Source: Gammaproteobacteria bacterium
GTDB lineage: Bacteria > Pseudomonadota > Gammaproteobacteria > JAJFKO01
Length of the DNA stretch: 64,000 bases
Assembly (NCBI GenBank): GCA_028284465.1
Contig: JANQRR010000017.1
Coordinates: forward strand, 27,948-91,947
Reading direction: 5' to 3'
Below are positions 43,228-54,881 of the stretch, piece after piece. The translations under genes were made by a program, and so were the position numbers. A model generated the notes under the pieces. The model was not told where the DNA came from. It ran no database searches and saw nothing but the letters and a program-made list of their open reading frames with translations. Every line of letters starts with the position of its first letter. Positions within the stretch are counted from its first letter, which is position 1.

Positions 43228-44625
43228 ATGCCAAATAATAAAACTCGACGCGAAACAGATAGTATGGGTGCCATTGAAGTCCCTGCTGATCATTATTGGG
43301 GCGCGCAAACTGAACGCTCTTTGCATCACTTTCCGATTGGTCATGATGTCATGCCCAAAGAATTAATCACAGCATTTGGGATCTTAAAAAAATCTGCCGC
43401 TAAAACTAATCATGCGTTAGGTAAGCTACCTAAAGATAAAATGACGTTAATTACTCAAGCCGCCGATGATGTGATCAACAATAAGCTCACTGGTAATTTT
43501 CCATTACGCATTTGGCAAACAGGTAGTGGCACTCAAACCAATATGAATGTCAACGAGGTCATTGCGAATCGCGCCATTGAAATTGCTGGCGGTGAGATGG
43601 GTAGCAAAGATCCTATTCATCCTAATGATCACGTTAACATGTCACAATCGTCTAACGATACTTTTCCTACTGCCATGCACATTGCAAGTGCACAAATGAT
43701 CAAACATAAATTGATCCCTGCAGTCACACTACTAAAAGAAGCATTGGCAAAAAAATCAAATAGCTTTAAAGACATTGTCAAAATTGGCCGGACTCATTTG
43801 CAAGATGCGGTGCCACTAACTCTTGGGCAAGAATTTTCGGGTTATGTTGCTCAACTCGACGCTGATCTAACTAACATTAACAATGCTTTACCACATTTAT
43901 ATGAATTAGCCTTAGGCGGCACTGCAGTCGGCACCGGCTTAAATTCCGATCCACAATTTGCGCCTAAAGTCGCTGCAGAAATTGCTACTGAAACTAAATT
44001 ACCTTTTGTTTCAGCACCGAATAAATTTGCTGCTTTAGCCGCGCATGATGCTATTGTGATGGCAAGCGGCACATTAAAAACGCTAGCTTGCTCATTAATG
44101 AAAATCGCTAATGACATTCGCTGGCTGGGTTCTGGCCCACGTTGTGGCTTAGGTGAAATTCATTTACCAGAAAATGAACCCGGTTCTTCGATCATGCCAG
44201 GCAAAGTGAACCCAACGCAATGTGAAGCCATGACCATGGTGTGCGTACAAGTGATCGGCAACGACACTGCTATTAGTGTTGCTGGTTCACAAGGTAATTT
44301 TGAATTAAACGTCTTTAAACCTGTGATGATCCATAACTTATTACATTCTATTACTATAATTAGTGATGTTTGCCACACGTTCACTGAATTTTGTGTTGAA
44401 GGTTTAGAAGCTAATAAAGAAAAAATTTCTTATTACCTAGAAAATTCATTAATGCTGGTGACAGCGTTAAGTCCCGTGATTGGCTATGACAAAGCGGCTA
44501 AAATTGCCCATCATGCCCACGTTAAGGGCTTGACCTTACGCGAGGCTTGTTTAGAATTAGGGATGTTGACATCAGAAGAATTTGATAAACACGTTAAACC
44601 AAAGGATATGGTAGGCCCACAATAA
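43228..44625 (+). CDS. fumC: Fumarate hydratase class II
   Basis: [38 protein letters not shown] signature; SD GGAG upstream of ATG at 43228. Confidence 0.95.
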   Translation: MPNNKTRRETDSMGAIEVPADHYWGAQTERSLHHFPIGHDVMPKELITAFGILKKSAAKTNHALGKLPKDKMTLITQAADDVINNKLTGNFPLRIWQTGSGTQTNMNVNEVIANRAIEIAGGEMGSKDPIHPNDHVNMSQSSNDTFPTAMHIASAQMIKHKLIPAVTLLKEALAKKSNSFKDIVKIGRTHLQDAVPLTLGQEFSGYVAQLDADLTNINNALPHLYELALGGTAVGTGLNSDPQFAPKVAAEIATETKLPFVSAPNKFAALAAHDAIVMASGTLKTLACSLMKIANDIRWLGSGPRCGLGEIHLPENEPGSSIMPGKVNPTQCEAMTMVCVQVIGNDTAISVAGSQGNFELNVFKPVMIHNLLHSITIISDVCHTFTEFCVEGLEANKEKISYYLENSLMLVTALSPVIGYDKAAKIAHHAHVKGLTLREACLELGMLTSEEFDKHVKPKDMVGPQ

Positions 44626-44626
44626 T

Positions 44627-45499
44627 ATGGATGCAGTTGCTCGGTTAAAAGATTACGGGCGTCTCATACGGTTAGACAAGCCCATTGGAATTTTTTTGCT
44701 ATTATGGCCAACATTATGGGCTTTGTGGATTGCCAGTGATGGCTTTCCACAGCTTTCCCTATTATTGATCTTTATTGCAGGTGTCGTGTTAACTCGATCT
44801 GCAGGTTGTATTTTTAATGATCTTGCCGATCAGCGATACGATGGCCATGTAAAACGCACGCAACAACGACCGCTAGCCACAGGTCAGGTTTCACGTTTTG
44901 AAGCGTATTCTTTAGCCGCGTTTTTTCTCTTAATGGCTTTTAATTTAGTATTATTACTCAATATACTAACGCTCGAACTCGCCTTTATTGGCGCAGTGCT
45001 CATGATTATTTATCCATTTATGAAACGCTTTATTCACTTACCGCAAGCCATTCTTGGGCTGGCTTACAGTTGGGGAATTCCGATGGCGTTTGCGGCGCAA
45101 ACTAACCAGGTACCATTGATTGCTTGGCTGTTATTTGCCACAGCAGGATTATGGTCAATTGCTTACGACACAATGTATGCAATGGTTGATCGCGATGATG
45201 ATATCAAAATTGGTGTTAAATCTTCAGCGATTTTGTTTGGCAAACAAGACCGCCTTATTATCGCTTGTCTACAATTTAGTTTGTTAGGCTTGCTAGTACT
45301 GATCGGAAATTTATTGCAATTTAACTTTTGGTATTTTTTAAGTTTAGCTATCGCTGCTGGGCTTGCGATTTATCAACAAGTGTTGATCATTAATCGTGAG
45401 CCTGAAAAATGCTTCCAAGCTTTTTTAAATAACAATTGGTTTGGCTTAACGATTTTTTTCGGCATTCTGATCAGCTATCTGTCGATGCGTATTTATTAA
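44627..45499 (+). CDS. ubiA: 4-hydroxybenzoate octaprenyltransferase
   Basis: NDLADQRYDGHVKRT Asp-rich motif and second DxxxD; multi-TM. Confidence 0.9.
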   Translation: MDAVARLKDYGRLIRLDKPIGIFLLLWPTLWALWIASDGFPQLSLLLIFIAGVVLTRSAGCIFNDLADQRYDGHVKRTQQRPLATGQVSRFEAYSLAAFFLLMAFNLVLLLNILTLELAFIGAVLMIIYPFMKRFIHLPQAILGLAYSWGIPMAFAAQTNQVPLIAWLLFATAGLWSIAYDTMYAMVDRDDDIKIGVKSSAILFGKQDRLIIACLQFSLLGLLVLIGNLLQFNFWYFLSLAIAAGLAIYQQVLIINREPEKCFQAFLNNNWFGLTIFFGILISYLSMRIY

Positions 45500-45527
45500 G
45501 TAGCACTACCTTTGATAAGATTGATAT

Positions 45528-46340
45528 TCAAGTATTCTTATGTTCGCGACACGTCACATTTTTATCGATAAAACGAATAACTTCACTTGCTGGAAACATA
45601 TTATTATGGCCTTTCCAAGCATAAGTATGCATTTGTTTAGGTTCATTAGCAGCGGCATGAAGCTTATAACCAAATTTAGCTGGGATCACCCGGTCATTCT
45701 CGCCATGGACGATGAACAAAGGCACATGAATTTGTTTGATCTTTTTAATGGAATTAAATCTATCCTTTAGCAGCGTTCGCACCGGCAAATACGGATAATG
45801 ATGGCGCCCAACATCAGCTAATGATGAGTATGGCGATTGTAAAATCAATGCTGCAATTTTATATTTAGTTGCTAATTCTACTGCCACACCGCTACCCAAC
45901 GATGCACCAAATAATACTAAACATTGTGCTGAAATGTTTTGTTGTTGAATAAATTTCATAGCTGCTGCACCATCACGATATAAGCCTTGTTCACTCGGCC
46001 TACCAGGATTATTACTGTAGCCACGATACGTTACTAACAATACCCCATAACCTTGATCCAAATACGGCTTGATCAAAGCTGCACGATCACTAATTGCACC
46101 AGCATTGCCATGAAAATATATTAATGTTGGTTTGCCAGTTTTTGCTGGCTGATACCAAGCTTGCAGTTTTAAACCATCGGCTGTTTGCAAAGATACAATC
46201 TTCATGGTGCTAACACCGGCATCCGTTGGCGTTGCTTTGCTGCTTTTTTTGGGGAAATAAATAAATTGGCGCTGCATAACATAAAATACTGCTATGAAGA
46301 TCAGGTAAAACCCAACAATGATAGCAATTGCTCTTAACAT
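45528..46340 (-). CDS. Membrane-anchored alpha/beta hydrolase
   Basis: GASLGSG nucleophile elbow, His near C-terminus. Confidence 0.65.
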   Translation of the reverse strand: MLRAIAIIVGFYLIFIAVFYVMQRQFIYFPKKSSKATPTDAGVSTMKIVSLQTADGLKLQAWYQPAKTGKPTLIYFHGNAGAISDRAALIKPYLDQGYGVLLVTYRGYSNNPGRPSEQGLYRDGAAAMKFIQQQNISAQCLVLFGASLGSGVAVELATKYKIAALILQSPYSSLADVGRHHYPYLPVRTLLKDRFNSIKKIKQIHVPLFIVHGENDRVIPAKFGYKLHAAANEPKQMHTYAWKGHNNMFPASEVIRFIDKNVTCREHKNT

Positions 46341-46400
46341 CGATCTGTCCTTTTATTCATCCAAATAGCGAAAAAACCGGTTATATCCATAGGTTATTTT

Positions 46401-46409
46401 TGCTAGAAT
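46401..46409 (+). promoter_or_regulatory. Extended -10 promoter (TGcTAGAAT) upstream of asnS
   Basis: tgctagaat read directly about 42 nt upstream of the asnS ATG. Confidence 0.3.
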
Positions 46410-46450
46410 GCGTAGCACTTAATAGTTCATTGTAACGAGGTCAGCCAATA

Positions 46451-47851
46451 ATGTCAGTAGCCATGATAGCCGATTGTCTTGCAGGGAAATTACCATCAGA
46501 CACCAGCGTTAGCGTGCAAGGATGGGTGCGCACACGCCGAGACTCTAAAGCGGGAATTTCATTTATTAACATCCATGATGGTTCATGTTACCATCCAATT
46601 CAAGCTGTGGTAGCTAACAACATTGCTAATTATCACTCTGAAATCTTAAAGCTAACTGCTGGTTGCGCGATTAAAGTTAGCGGTAAATTAGTTGAATCAC
46701 CCGGTAAAGGCCAACGCTTTGAAATTCAAGCAGAGCAAGTTGAAGTGATCGGCTGGGTCGAAAACCCAGATACGTATCCAATTTCACCAAAGCACCATTC
46801 GCTAGAATATTTACGCGAATATGCTCATCTGCGTCCGCGCACTAATGTGATCGGTGCAGTCACGCGCTTGCGCCATCATCTCGCGCAAGCTATTCATCAA
46901 TTTTTTCATCAACAAGGTTTTTTCTGGGTAAATACGCCTTTAATCACTGCTAACGATTGTGAAGGCGCGGGCGAATTATTTCGCGTTAGCACTTTAGATT
47001 TACTTAACTTGCCGCGCCAAGATAACGGTAACATTAATTTTAATGAAGATTTTTTTGGTCGTGAAACATTTTTAACAGTATCAGGCCAGTTAAATGTTGA
47101 ATGTTATTGCTTAGCGCTCAGTAAAGTTTATACCTTTGGCCCGACATTCCGCGCTGAAAATTCTAATACTAGTCGCCATCTTGCTGAATTTTGGATGGTG
47201 GAACCCGAAATGGCATTTGCTGATTTAACCACGATCATTCAACTTGCAGAAACTATGCTGAAATCAGTGTTTACCACCATTCTCAAAGAACGCGCTGATG
47301 ATATGGCATTTTTTGCCGAACGCATTGATAAAACGTGTATTCAGCGTTTAGAAAATATTATCGCAGCGGATTTTGTGCATATGGAATACAGCGATGCGAT
47401 TAAGGAATTAGAAAAATCCGCTAAAAAATTTGAATTCCCAGTGCGCTGGGGTGTGGATCTGCACACCGAACATGAACGTTTCTTATGTGAAGAATTAATT
47501 GGCGGTCCACTCGTTGTAAAGAATTATCCCAAAGACGTCAAAGCCTTTTATATGCGCAATAACGCCGATGGCAAGACAGTTGCAGCCATGGATGTGTTAG
47601 TCCCGGGGATAGGTGAGATCATTGGTGGTAGCCAACGAGAGGAGCGTTTAACGGCATTAGATGAACGAATTGCCGCCATGGGGCTCAACAAAGACGCTTT
47701 TTGGTGGTATCGTGAATTAAGAAAGTATGGGACTGTACCTCATGCTGGTTTTGGGTTAGGCTTTGAACGTTTACTAAGTTATATATCAGGGATGAGTAAT
47801 ATTCGGGATGTTATTCCCTTTCCACGCACTCCCGGTAATGCAGAATTTTAA
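46451..47851 (+). CDS. asnS: Asparaginyl-tRNA synthetase
   Basis: 466 aa class II aaRS; motifs [36 protein letters not shown]. Confidence 0.95.
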   Translation: MSVAMIADCLAGKLPSDTSVSVQGWVRTRRDSKAGISFINIHDGSCYHPIQAVVANNIANYHSEILKLTAGCAIKVSGKLVESPGKGQRFEIQAEQVEVIGWVENPDTYPISPKHHSLEYLREYAHLRPRTNVIGAVTRLRHHLAQAIHQFFHQQGFFWVNTPLITANDCEGAGELFRVSTLDLLNLPRQDNGNINFNEDFFGRETFLTVSGQLNVECYCLALSKVYTFGPTFRAENSNTSRHLAEFWMVEPEMAFADLTTIIQLAETMLKSVFTTILKERADDMAFFAERIDKTCIQRLENIIAADFVHMEYSDAIKELEKSAKKFEFPVRWGVDLHTEHERFLCEELIGGPLVVKNYPKDVKAFYMRNNADGKTVAAMDVLVPGIGEIIGGSQREERLTALDERIAAMGLNKDAFWWYRELRKYGTVPHAGFGLGFERLLSYISGMSNIRDVIPFPRTPGNAEF

Positions 47852-47866
47852 TTAGGAGAGTAAATT

Positions 47867-48625
47867 ATGCGATCAAAACTACGTTACTTATGGATAATTT
47901 TATTATTGATCCCCTGCTTGACGTTTGCCGCAGAATTTCAAGAAGGCATCGATTATCAAGCTATCCATGTAAAACCTCAACGTTTTCCAGGCACTAAAAT
48001 TTTAATCGATAAAATTGATACTAAACCTGGGCAAATAGCAGTGATTGAATTTTTCAGCTTTGGTTGTCCAGCGTGTTATCGCTTTGAATCGGTGATTGAA
48101 AACTGGTTGAGAACTAAACCCAGAGATGTAAAGTTCGTGCGCATTCCAGTTATCTTCAACACGCAATGGCAGATCTACGCTAAAGCTTTTTATGTGGCTA
48201 AACAATTAAATATTGAAAATAAAATGATGCCAATATTATTTGAAGCGGTGCAAAGGCAAGGTCTAGATTTTAATAGAAAGGGTGTCATGCAAAAACTATT
48301 TGTGGAAAAAGGCGGGGTTACGCCGCAGCAATTTAATGCAGCATTTGATTTCGCGCCAGTGATGGCTGCACGAGTCACTCAAGGCAATGCATTGTTGCGT
48401 CTATATCGAGTATATGAGATCCCCACGATTGTTATTGACGGTAAATATAAAATCGATCCTGGCATGACTAAAGGCAACACCGATCGGATGATCCAAGTTG
48501 TTAATTTCTTGCTTAATAAAATACGCAAACAAAAAGGCTTGCCGGCACAAAATCCAAATCAACAACAATTAAGCCTGCTGTTGAAACGTGCACCAAAACA
48601 ACAACATCAAATTTTGTTGTCATAA
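47867..48625 (+). CDS. dsbA: DsbA-family thiol:disulfide oxidoreductase with Gln-rich C-terminal extension
   Basis: FFSFGCPACYRFE thioredoxin-fold active site (CPAC instead of canonical CPHC), signal peptide. Confidence 0.75.
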   Translation: MRSKLRYLWIILLLIPCLTFAAEFQEGIDYQAIHVKPQRFPGTKILIDKIDTKPGQIAVIEFFSFGCPACYRFESVIENWLRTKPRDVKFVRIPVIFNTQWQIYAKAFYVAKQLNIENKMMPILFEAVQRQGLDFNRKGVMQKLFVEKGGVTPQQFNAAFDFAPVMAARVTQGNALLRLYRVYEIPTIVIDGKYKIDPGMTKGNTDRMIQVVNFLLNKIRKQKGLPAQNPNQQQLSLLLKRAPKQQHQILLS

Positions 48626-48650
48626 TTACTTAAATAACGGGCTTTAATAG

Positions 48651-49115
48651 ATGCAAGAAACAACCATCACTATTGCTGACGCTGCCGCCATGGAACAACT
48701 TGGCGGCAAGCTTGCTAAACTGTGTCAACCGGGGATGACTTATTTTCTCTATGGCGAACTCGGCTCAGGTAAAACCACCTTGGTGCGTGGATTTTTACGC
48801 GGTTATGGTTATCAAGGCATCGTCAAAAGCCCAACCTTTACTTTAGTTGAACCATACAAAGTTAATGATCAAACAATTTATCACTTTGATCTTTATCGTC
48901 TCGTCAATAGAGATGAACTCGCTAACATTGGCATTCGCGATTATTTTGACAAAAACGCTATTAGCTTAATTGAATGGCCAGAGCGCGGTTCACATAGCTT
49001 ACCAAAACCTGACCTACATTGTTATTTTGAGATTGACCAAAACCATAGAAATGTGCGGATCTGCGCAACCAGTGCCACGGGAGAACAATTATTAACACAA
49101 CTTTCCGCGGATTAA
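48651..49115 (+). CDS. tsaE: tRNA threonylcarbamoyladenosine biosynthesis ATPase TsaE
   Basis: LYGELGSGKTTLVRG P-loop, YHFDLYRL. Confidence 0.85.
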   Translation: MQETTITIADAAAMEQLGGKLAKLCQPGMTYFLYGELGSGKTTLVRGFLRGYGYQGIVKSPTFTLVEPYKVNDQTIYHFDLYRLVNRDELANIGIRDYFDKNAISLIEWPERGSHSLPKPDLHCYFEIDQNHRNVRICATSATGEQLLTQLSAD

Positions 49116-50251
49116 TGACCAAATTAATTAAAAACTTACTGATCACTTTACTCTTATTGCCGTTAGCTAGTGTTGCTAAACCCATTAATATTATTGCGAC
49201 ACGACTTACTGCATCGCATACTGATCTTCGTTTAGTGATCGAATTTGATCAAGAACCGGTGTATCACATTTTTATGCTCAAACATCCTGATCGCATCGTA
49301 CTTGATCTAGAAACTGCATCACCGCCGCAACATTTACCTAAAATTGCTAATAATAATACGTTCATTACAGAAATTCGCAGCAGTAAACGCCCGCCTGATC
49401 ACAGTCGCATAGTGATCGAATTAAAACATCCAGCAAATTATAAACATTTTATTCTCGCGCCAAATAAGCATTATCCTTGGCGCTTAGTGGTTGATTTACA
49501 TCACTCAGCTCAACAAGTAAAAATACCTAAAAAGCTACGCAATGTCGTGGTGATCATTGATCCTGGCCATGGCGGCAAAGATCCTGGCGCTACTGGCAAG
49601 CGTGGCACGCATGAAAAAGATATTGTGCTGGCAATTGCCAAAAAACTAAAACGTCGTTTAGATCAAGAACCCGGGATCACTGCAATATTAACTCGTCGTG
49701 GTAATTATTACATCGGTTTGCGGCAACGATTACGCATTGCACGTCGCAACAAAGCTGATATTTTTATTTCAATCCATGCCGATGCGTTTAATAAACGTTC
49801 TTCACATGGTGCTTCAGTATTTGCCTTATCGCTAGGTGGTGCAAGCAGTGAAGCAGCACGTTGGCTGGCTGAAAAAGAAAACCAATCTGAACTGTTAGGT
49901 GGTGTCGCTTTGCATGGTAAGAGTCAAACGTTACAATCCGTACTATTAGATTTATCACAAACAGCAACGATTAGTGCTAGTTTGCAACTTGGTGATAACG
50001 TATTACATTCGCTGCATGCAATTGCACGGTTACATCACGAACGAGTTGAGCAAGCAGGCTTTGTGGTATTAAAATCTCCGGATATTCCTTCAATTTTGAT
50101 TGAAACGGGATTTTTGTCTAATCCCAAAGAAGAACGTAAGTTACGTGATCCTTATTATCAGCGCCGAATTGCGCAAGCAATCGTGAATGGTATTAACCAG
50201 TATTTCGCTCACAAAGCACCGCGTGGTAGCTGGCTGGCAGCGCATCGCTGA
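49115..50251 (+). CDS. amiC: N-acetylmuramoyl-L-alanine amidase (AMIN + Amidase_3)
   Basis: VVIIDPGHGGKDPGATGKRGTHEKD, SIHADA motifs. Confidence 0.9.
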   Translation: MTKLIKNLLITLLLLPLASVAKPINIIATRLTASHTDLRLVIEFDQEPVYHIFMLKHPDRIVLDLETASPPQHLPKIANNNTFITEIRSSKRPPDHSRIVIELKHPANYKHFILAPNKHYPWRLVVDLHHSAQQVKIPKKLRNVVVIIDPGHGGKDPGATGKRGTHEKDIVLAIAKKLKRRLDQEPGITAILTRRGNYYIGLRQRLRIARRNKADIFISIHADAFNKRSSHGASVFALSLGGASSEAARWLAEKENQSELLGGVALHGKSQTLQSVLLDLSQTATISASLQLGDNVLHSLHAIARLHHERVEQAGFVVLKSPDIPSILIETGFLSNPKEERKLRDPYYQRRIAQAIVNGINQYFAHKAPRGSWLAAHR

Positions 50252-50265
50252 ATAACTCATTAAAG

Positions 50266-50925
50266 CTATGAATTAAAGCTATGATGATAATCGCTATATC
50301 TTGAATGTGCAGTTTGAGGTTGACGTGCATTTGCTGACGGCAATTGCATCACTTCATCTGCTATTTCTTTATCACTATTAGCAGATACTTCCTTTCCCTT
50401 TTTGTGACTTAAGGTTGTTACTTCTAGAATATTGAAAAGCTTATGCAGATCACCTCTACCAATTTTTTGATTAATTCGATGAAGCCCCACAACAAGCTTC
50501 TCAAGGTTGCCTTCTTCATGAGTCATATTTTCAATTTCAGCAACTTCACGTAAATATACTTTAGAATGAGATCGGTTTTTGCCAAACATACCACAGCCAC
50601 GAATTGGATTCTTTCTATCTTGTTGACGTTGCTCTCCACAACGATGTCTATACCAATTAACTGCTAACCTTATTGCCGTAACGACAGCATTAATTTGCTT
50701 CTTTACATGAGCGCCATCATCTTGGAGAGGACTCTGATAAGCAACACTTTTAGCTATAAACACGATGTCTTTTGGCTTTACATTGCCATAATTGCCATTA
50801 GCTACTTTCTGCATTATTTCATCATATTTTTGTTGCTTATCGGTTAAGCCGGACTCTGCAACATCTGTAAATGTCGTTTCAACTGGCTCAGAAATTAAAT
50901 TTGCTTGTTGTATTTGTACTGCCAT
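50266..50925 (-). CDS. Hypothetical protein, no recognisable domain (start at ATG after purine-rich SD; track ORF starts at GTG 50940)
   Basis: ORF only; adjacent to the acid phosphatase gene. Confidence 0.4.
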   Translation of the reverse strand: MAVQIQQANLISEPVETTFTDVAESGLTDKQQKYDEIMQKVANGNYGNVKPKDIVFIAKSVAYQSPLQDDGAHVKKQINAVVTAIRLAVNWYRHRCGEQRQQDRKNPIRGCGMFGKNRSHSKVYLREVAEIENMTHEEGNLEKLVVGLHRINQKIGRGDLHKLFNILEVTTLSHKKGKEVSANSDKEIADEVMQLPSANARQPQTAHSRYSDYHHSFNS

Positions 50926-50943
50926 TTTTCTTTCTCTCACTCA

Positions 50944-51648
50944 TCACATTATATAATAATACGGATTTGGCATTTTGAATGCTCGCTGTGCCGCACCACC
51001 AATTAGATCACTGAACTGGTCACCTAAATTGATCACAATATCATAGCTTTGCTTTTGTAAACGATTTCTAACACCTGATTTAAATGGTACAACCGAAGCT
51101 AAATGGTACGACTCTGGTTTCATAAACAATTTAGTCCAATCTTTATAACCAGCATGGTGTAAATTCCTAATGGTTGCTTCGCGTAATTTTTCAGGTCGCC
51201 CGGTTACAAAGAAGATTGCAACATTATGTTGCTTAGCAAAATTAAATAATTTTAATGTTGGTGAGATCACTGGATCATTGCCTAACGCTTTTAACTTAAC
51301 TATTTCTTCTGGCGAGCCGCCAAAACGTAATTTATGCAAACTCTTATAATTTGATATTGCGGTATCATCGATATCTAACACAATCGCTAGTTTTTTCTTA
51401 TTACCAGCTTTTGCATTCGCCGCTAATTGCTGCTTTAGATATGCTATGGCTTTATCAACCACGGCTGTTTGCTCGCGTGAATAATTTCCAGAATCGTGAT
51501 ATTGCACTAAACGTTGTTTAGTAAAATATAAATTTTCAGGTTCGGCAGAGATGGTAGGACTAATTTGGGCATAAGCAGTAGCGCTGCTCATCAGCACAAT
51601 GATCAGCAATACAAATAATGAAACAGCTTGCTTACAGTGATGCAGCAT
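50944..51648 (-). CDS. Class B acid phosphatase (HAD superfamily IIIB) with signal peptide
   Basis: Signal peptide; LAIVLDIDDTAISNY DDDD-type motif; FFVTGRPE. Confidence 0.75.
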   Translation of the reverse strand: MLHHCKQAVSLFVLLIIVLMSSATAYAQISPTISAEPENLYFTKQRLVQYHDSGNYSREQTAVVDKAIAYLKQQLAANAKAGNKKKLAIVLDIDDTAISNYKSLHKLRFGGSPEEIVKLKALGNDPVISPTLKLFNFAKQHNVAIFFVTGRPEKLREATIRNLHHAGYKDWTKLFMKPESYHLASVVPFKSGVRNRLQKQSYDIVINLGDQFSDLIGGAAQRAFKMPNPYYYIM

Positions 51649-51750
51649 CCGTAACTCCCTTTACTCGGCTTACATCGAATCGTTGAGATATTCGAGTTTT
51701 CTTTCTACTTTAGGTTATAATCTATTAAATTGTCAATAAGGTGTAAGCTA

Positions 51751-52518
51751 ATGCCACAGTCTGATCAACAAAAGCACACTGAAACCACGCATTTTGGATT
51801 TAAACAAATCCCTAAACACGAAAAGACTGCTAAAGTGGGTGACGTATTTCATTCTGTAGCAAACAAGTACGATTTAATGAATGACTTAATGTCATTAGGC
51901 ATTCATCGTCTGTGGAAAAAAGTGGCAATTGAGCTCAGTAGTATTAGAAAAGGTCAAAAGGTACTGGATGTTGCTGCTGGCAGTGGTGATCTGAGTAAGA
52001 AATATGCCAACTTAGTCGGTGATGATGGTTTAGTGGTATCACTAGATATTAATCGAGATATGCTAGAGGTTGGTCGCGATCGTTTAGTCGATGCCGGCGT
52101 TGTCAGCAATGTGGTTTATTGCCAAGCTGATGCTGAAAATCTACCTTTTCCTGATGATCACTTTGATTGCATTAGCATTGGCTTTGGGTTGCGCAATGTT
52201 ACTGATCAAGCGAGTGCATTACGTTCAATGTTTCGGGTGTTAAAACCTGGTGGTAAATTAATTATTCTTGAATTCTCCAAGCCAAACTTTCCTGGCTTAA
52301 AACCTATTTATGATGCATATTCCTTTAAATTGCTACCTTTGCTCGGCAAGCTGGTTGCCAAAGATGAAGCGAGTTATCGTTATTTAGCAGAATCTATTCG
52401 CATGCATCCTGATCAACAAACATTAAAACAAATGATGGAAACCGCAGGTTTTGAACAATGCCAATATTTCAATTTAACTGGCGGCATCGTAGCTTTACAT
52501 CGAGGATATAAATTCTAA
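51751..52518 (+). CDS. ubiE: Ubiquinone/menaquinone C-methyltransferase
   Basis: TTHFGF...[24 protein letters not shown]...[10 protein letters not shown] collinear with E. coli UbiE; SD AAGGTG before ATG 51751. Confidence 0.9.
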   Translation: MPQSDQQKHTETTHFGFKQIPKHEKTAKVGDVFHSVANKYDLMNDLMSLGIHRLWKKVAIELSSIRKGQKVLDVAAGSGDLSKKYANLVGDDGLVVSLDINRDMLEVGRDRLVDAGVVSNVVYCQADAENLPFPDDHFDCISIGFGLRNVTDQASALRSMFRVLKPGGKLIILEFSKPNFPGLKPIYDAYSFKLLPLLGKLVAKDEASYRYLAESIRMHPDQQTLKQMMETAGFEQCQYFNLTGGIVALHRGYKF

Positions 52519-53135
52519 TGATTTTTGCTAATTTATTGCAGTCAGCGATTAACCGTTACTTTCAATTAGATCCTGAAAGTCTTACAAATTGTGCGGCGTT
52601 AGAAAATAAAGTGATCGGTATTAAACTGCAACGTTCACCGATAAGGTTTTATTTACAATTCACACCTGATCCGCAGCAACATTATAAAATCCTCGTACTC
52701 AATCATCATGAAAAACCTGATGCAACTATAACTGGCACACCGATAGCATTTATCAAATCTCGTTTACCCACTGCTGATCCAACATCCAAAGCACCTGCAG
52801 GAATTAACATTGAAGGTGATATTCATGTTGCTAAAGCATTTAATGAAGTTCTCGATGATTTAGACATTGATTGGGAAGAGCAATTAGCAAAATTTACCGG
52901 CGATACAGTGGCGCACGGCTTATCGAAACTGTTACGCGGCGGTTTAAAATGGGGTAAGTCGACGTGTCAAAGCGTGCAAGAAAATATTACCGAATTTATG
53001 CAAGAAGAAGCACGTTGCATACCACCACGTGCTGAAGTTGAAGATTTTATTACTGACATTCAAACGCTTGTTGCTGACACTGATCGGATCGCTGCAAGAG
53101 TACAGCGACTTAAGCAACATTTAGAAAACAGCTAA
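52518..53135 (+). CDS. ubiJ: Ubiquinone biosynthesis accessory protein UbiJ (SCP2 domain)
   Basis: Position between ubiE and ubiB, length and profile like E. coli UbiJ/YigP. Confidence 0.7.
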   Translation: MIFANLLQSAINRYFQLDPESLTNCAALENKVIGIKLQRSPIRFYLQFTPDPQQHYKILVLNHHEKPDATITGTPIAFIKSRLPTADPTSKAPAGINIEGDIHVAKAFNEVLDDLDIDWEEQLAKFTGDTVAHGLSKLLRGGLKWGKSTCQSVQENITEFMQEEARCIPPRAEVEDFITDIQTLVADTDRIAARVQRLKQHLENS

Positions 53136-53145
53136 GGATATAAAC

Positions 53146-54816
53146 GTGCATTATTTACGACAAATCTTTCGCATCATCCACATTCAATTTGTGTTGATCC
53201 GTTGTGGTTTGGATCAAGTTGTGCTGACTATCCCATGGTTTTATCCCATTCGTTTTCTAGCATATGTTAACCCCTGGAACTGGACTGCTAATAAAAACAA
53301 AAGTCGCGGCGAACGGATCAGGCTAGCGCTTGAAGCATTAGGCCCCATCTTTGTGAAATTTGGCCAAGTGCTATCAACTCGGCGTGACTTATTACCTGAT
53401 GATATCGCGAATGAATTAGCTAAGCTGCAAGATAAAGTGCCGCCGTTTGCTAGTAATGAAGTTATTAAAATTATTGAAGCAGCTTATGCTAAACCATTAA
53501 CTGATGTATTTGCTGAATTTGATCCAACGCCATTAGCATCTGCCTCCATTGCACAAGTGCATACAGCACGCTTACCTGATCAACGAGAAGTGGTGATTAA
53601 AGTATTACGGCCTGGCATAAAAAAAGTGATCAGAAGTGACTTAAGTATATTATACACTTTAGCTGACCTTGTTAGCCGTTATTGGTCCGGTAGTAAACGC
53701 TTACATCCTCGCGATATCGTGCGTGAATTTGAACACACGTTGTATGATGAATTAGATTTAATGCGCGAAGCGGCTAATGCATCCCAACTACGCCGTAACT
53801 TCGCTCATAACAATAAATTACAAATTCCTGAAATTTACTGGCAATACGCCAAGCAAAATGTTTTAGTGATGGAAAAAATTAGCGGTATTCCTGTTTCCGA
53901 TATCGCTACATTAAAACGCCACGGAGTCAACTTAAAAAAATTGGCTGAACGTGGCGTAGAAATCTTCTTTACACAAGTTTTTCAAGATTGTTTTTTTCAT
54001 GCCGATATGCATCCTGGTAACATTTTTGTGTCGCCACTTAATCCACATGATCCGCAATATATCGCTGTCGACTTTGGCATTATGGGAACATTAAGCCCAG
54101 AAGACCAACGCTATTTAGCCGAAAATTTATTAGCCTTTTTTCAACGTGATTATCGCCGCGTTGCGATTTTACATGTTGAATCCGGTTGGGTACCATCATG
54201 GGTACGCATTGATGAATTCGAAGCTTCCATCCGCACCGTGTGTGAGCCTGCCTTTGAAAGACCACTGAAAGAAATCTCTTTTGCTTATTTAGTTATTCGT
54301 TTATTTCAAACTGCAAAACGTTTCAACATGGAATTACAACCACAATTATTATTATTACAAAAAACCTTGTTTAACGTTGAAGGGCTAGGGCGTCAATTGT
54401 ATCCAGAGCTTGATTTATGGAGCACGGGAAAACCATTTTTGGAAAAATGGGTCAGGCAACAGATTGGGCCGCAAGCATTTATCCGCAAAACTCGCGAGCA
54501 ATTACCCATTTGGCTAGAAAAAATGCCCGATATCCCTGAACTTATGTATAAATTCTTAGTGAATGCCAATCAACAACAAAATGTGATGACTAAATTAACT
54601 AATAATAATCATGAGGCAAATGTTAGCAAAACTAAAACATCAGGGTTTTGGTTCGGGCTTGGGTTTGGATTAGTGATCATCGCAGTCATTAACTTTTTTG
54701 CGCTTGCTGATATTACGATGCAAGATAATGTGTATAATGGCTTGGTCTGGGGAGTCGGTGGGTTTGGGATCCTATCAATTGGGTTTGCTTGGTTATGGCG
54801 AAATTTTGCAGATTAA
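53146..54816 (+). CDS. ubiB: Ubiquinone biosynthesis regulatory kinase-like protein UbiB
   Basis: LALEALGPIFVKFGQVLSTRRDLLP...ASASIAQVH...FFHADMHPGNIFV collinear with E. coli UbiB. Confidence 0.95.
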   Translation: MHYLRQIFRIIHIQFVLIRCGLDQVVLTIPWFYPIRFLAYVNPWNWTANKNKSRGERIRLALEALGPIFVKFGQVLSTRRDLLPDDIANELAKLQDKVPPFASNEVIKIIEAAYAKPLTDVFAEFDPTPLASASIAQVHTARLPDQREVVIKVLRPGIKKVIRSDLSILYTLADLVSRYWSGSKRLHPRDIVREFEHTLYDELDLMREAANASQLRRNFAHNNKLQIPEIYWQYAKQNVLVMEKISGIPVSDIATLKRHGVNLKKLAERGVEIFFTQVFQDCFFHADMHPGNIFVSPLNPHDPQYIAVDFGIMGTLSPEDQRYLAENLLAFFQRDYRRVAILHVESGWVPSWVRIDEFEASIRTVCEPAFERPLKEISFAYLVIRLFQTAKRFNMELQPQLLLLQKTLFNVEGLGRQLYPELDLWSTGKPFLEKWVRQQIGPQAFIRKTREQLPIWLEKMPDIPELMYKFLVNANQQQNVMTKLTNNNHEANVSKTKTSGFWFGLGFGLVIIAVINFFALADITMQDNVYNGLVWGVGGFGILSIGFAWLWRNFAD

Positions 54817-54824
54817 CCTCCCTC

Positions 54825-54857
54825 TCTCGCACATGGGATTAACCATCATGTGCGAGA
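54825..54857. terminator. Hairpin (11-bp perfect stem tctcgcacatg/catgtgcgaga, 11-nt loop) between convergent ubiB and the small-peptide genes
   Basis: Read directly; 9 nt after ubiB stop and 25 nt after the K-rich ORF stop on the other strand; no clear U-tract. Confidence 0.4.
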
Positions 54858-54881
54858 AAGAAGAAATAGCTCTAAGCACTA

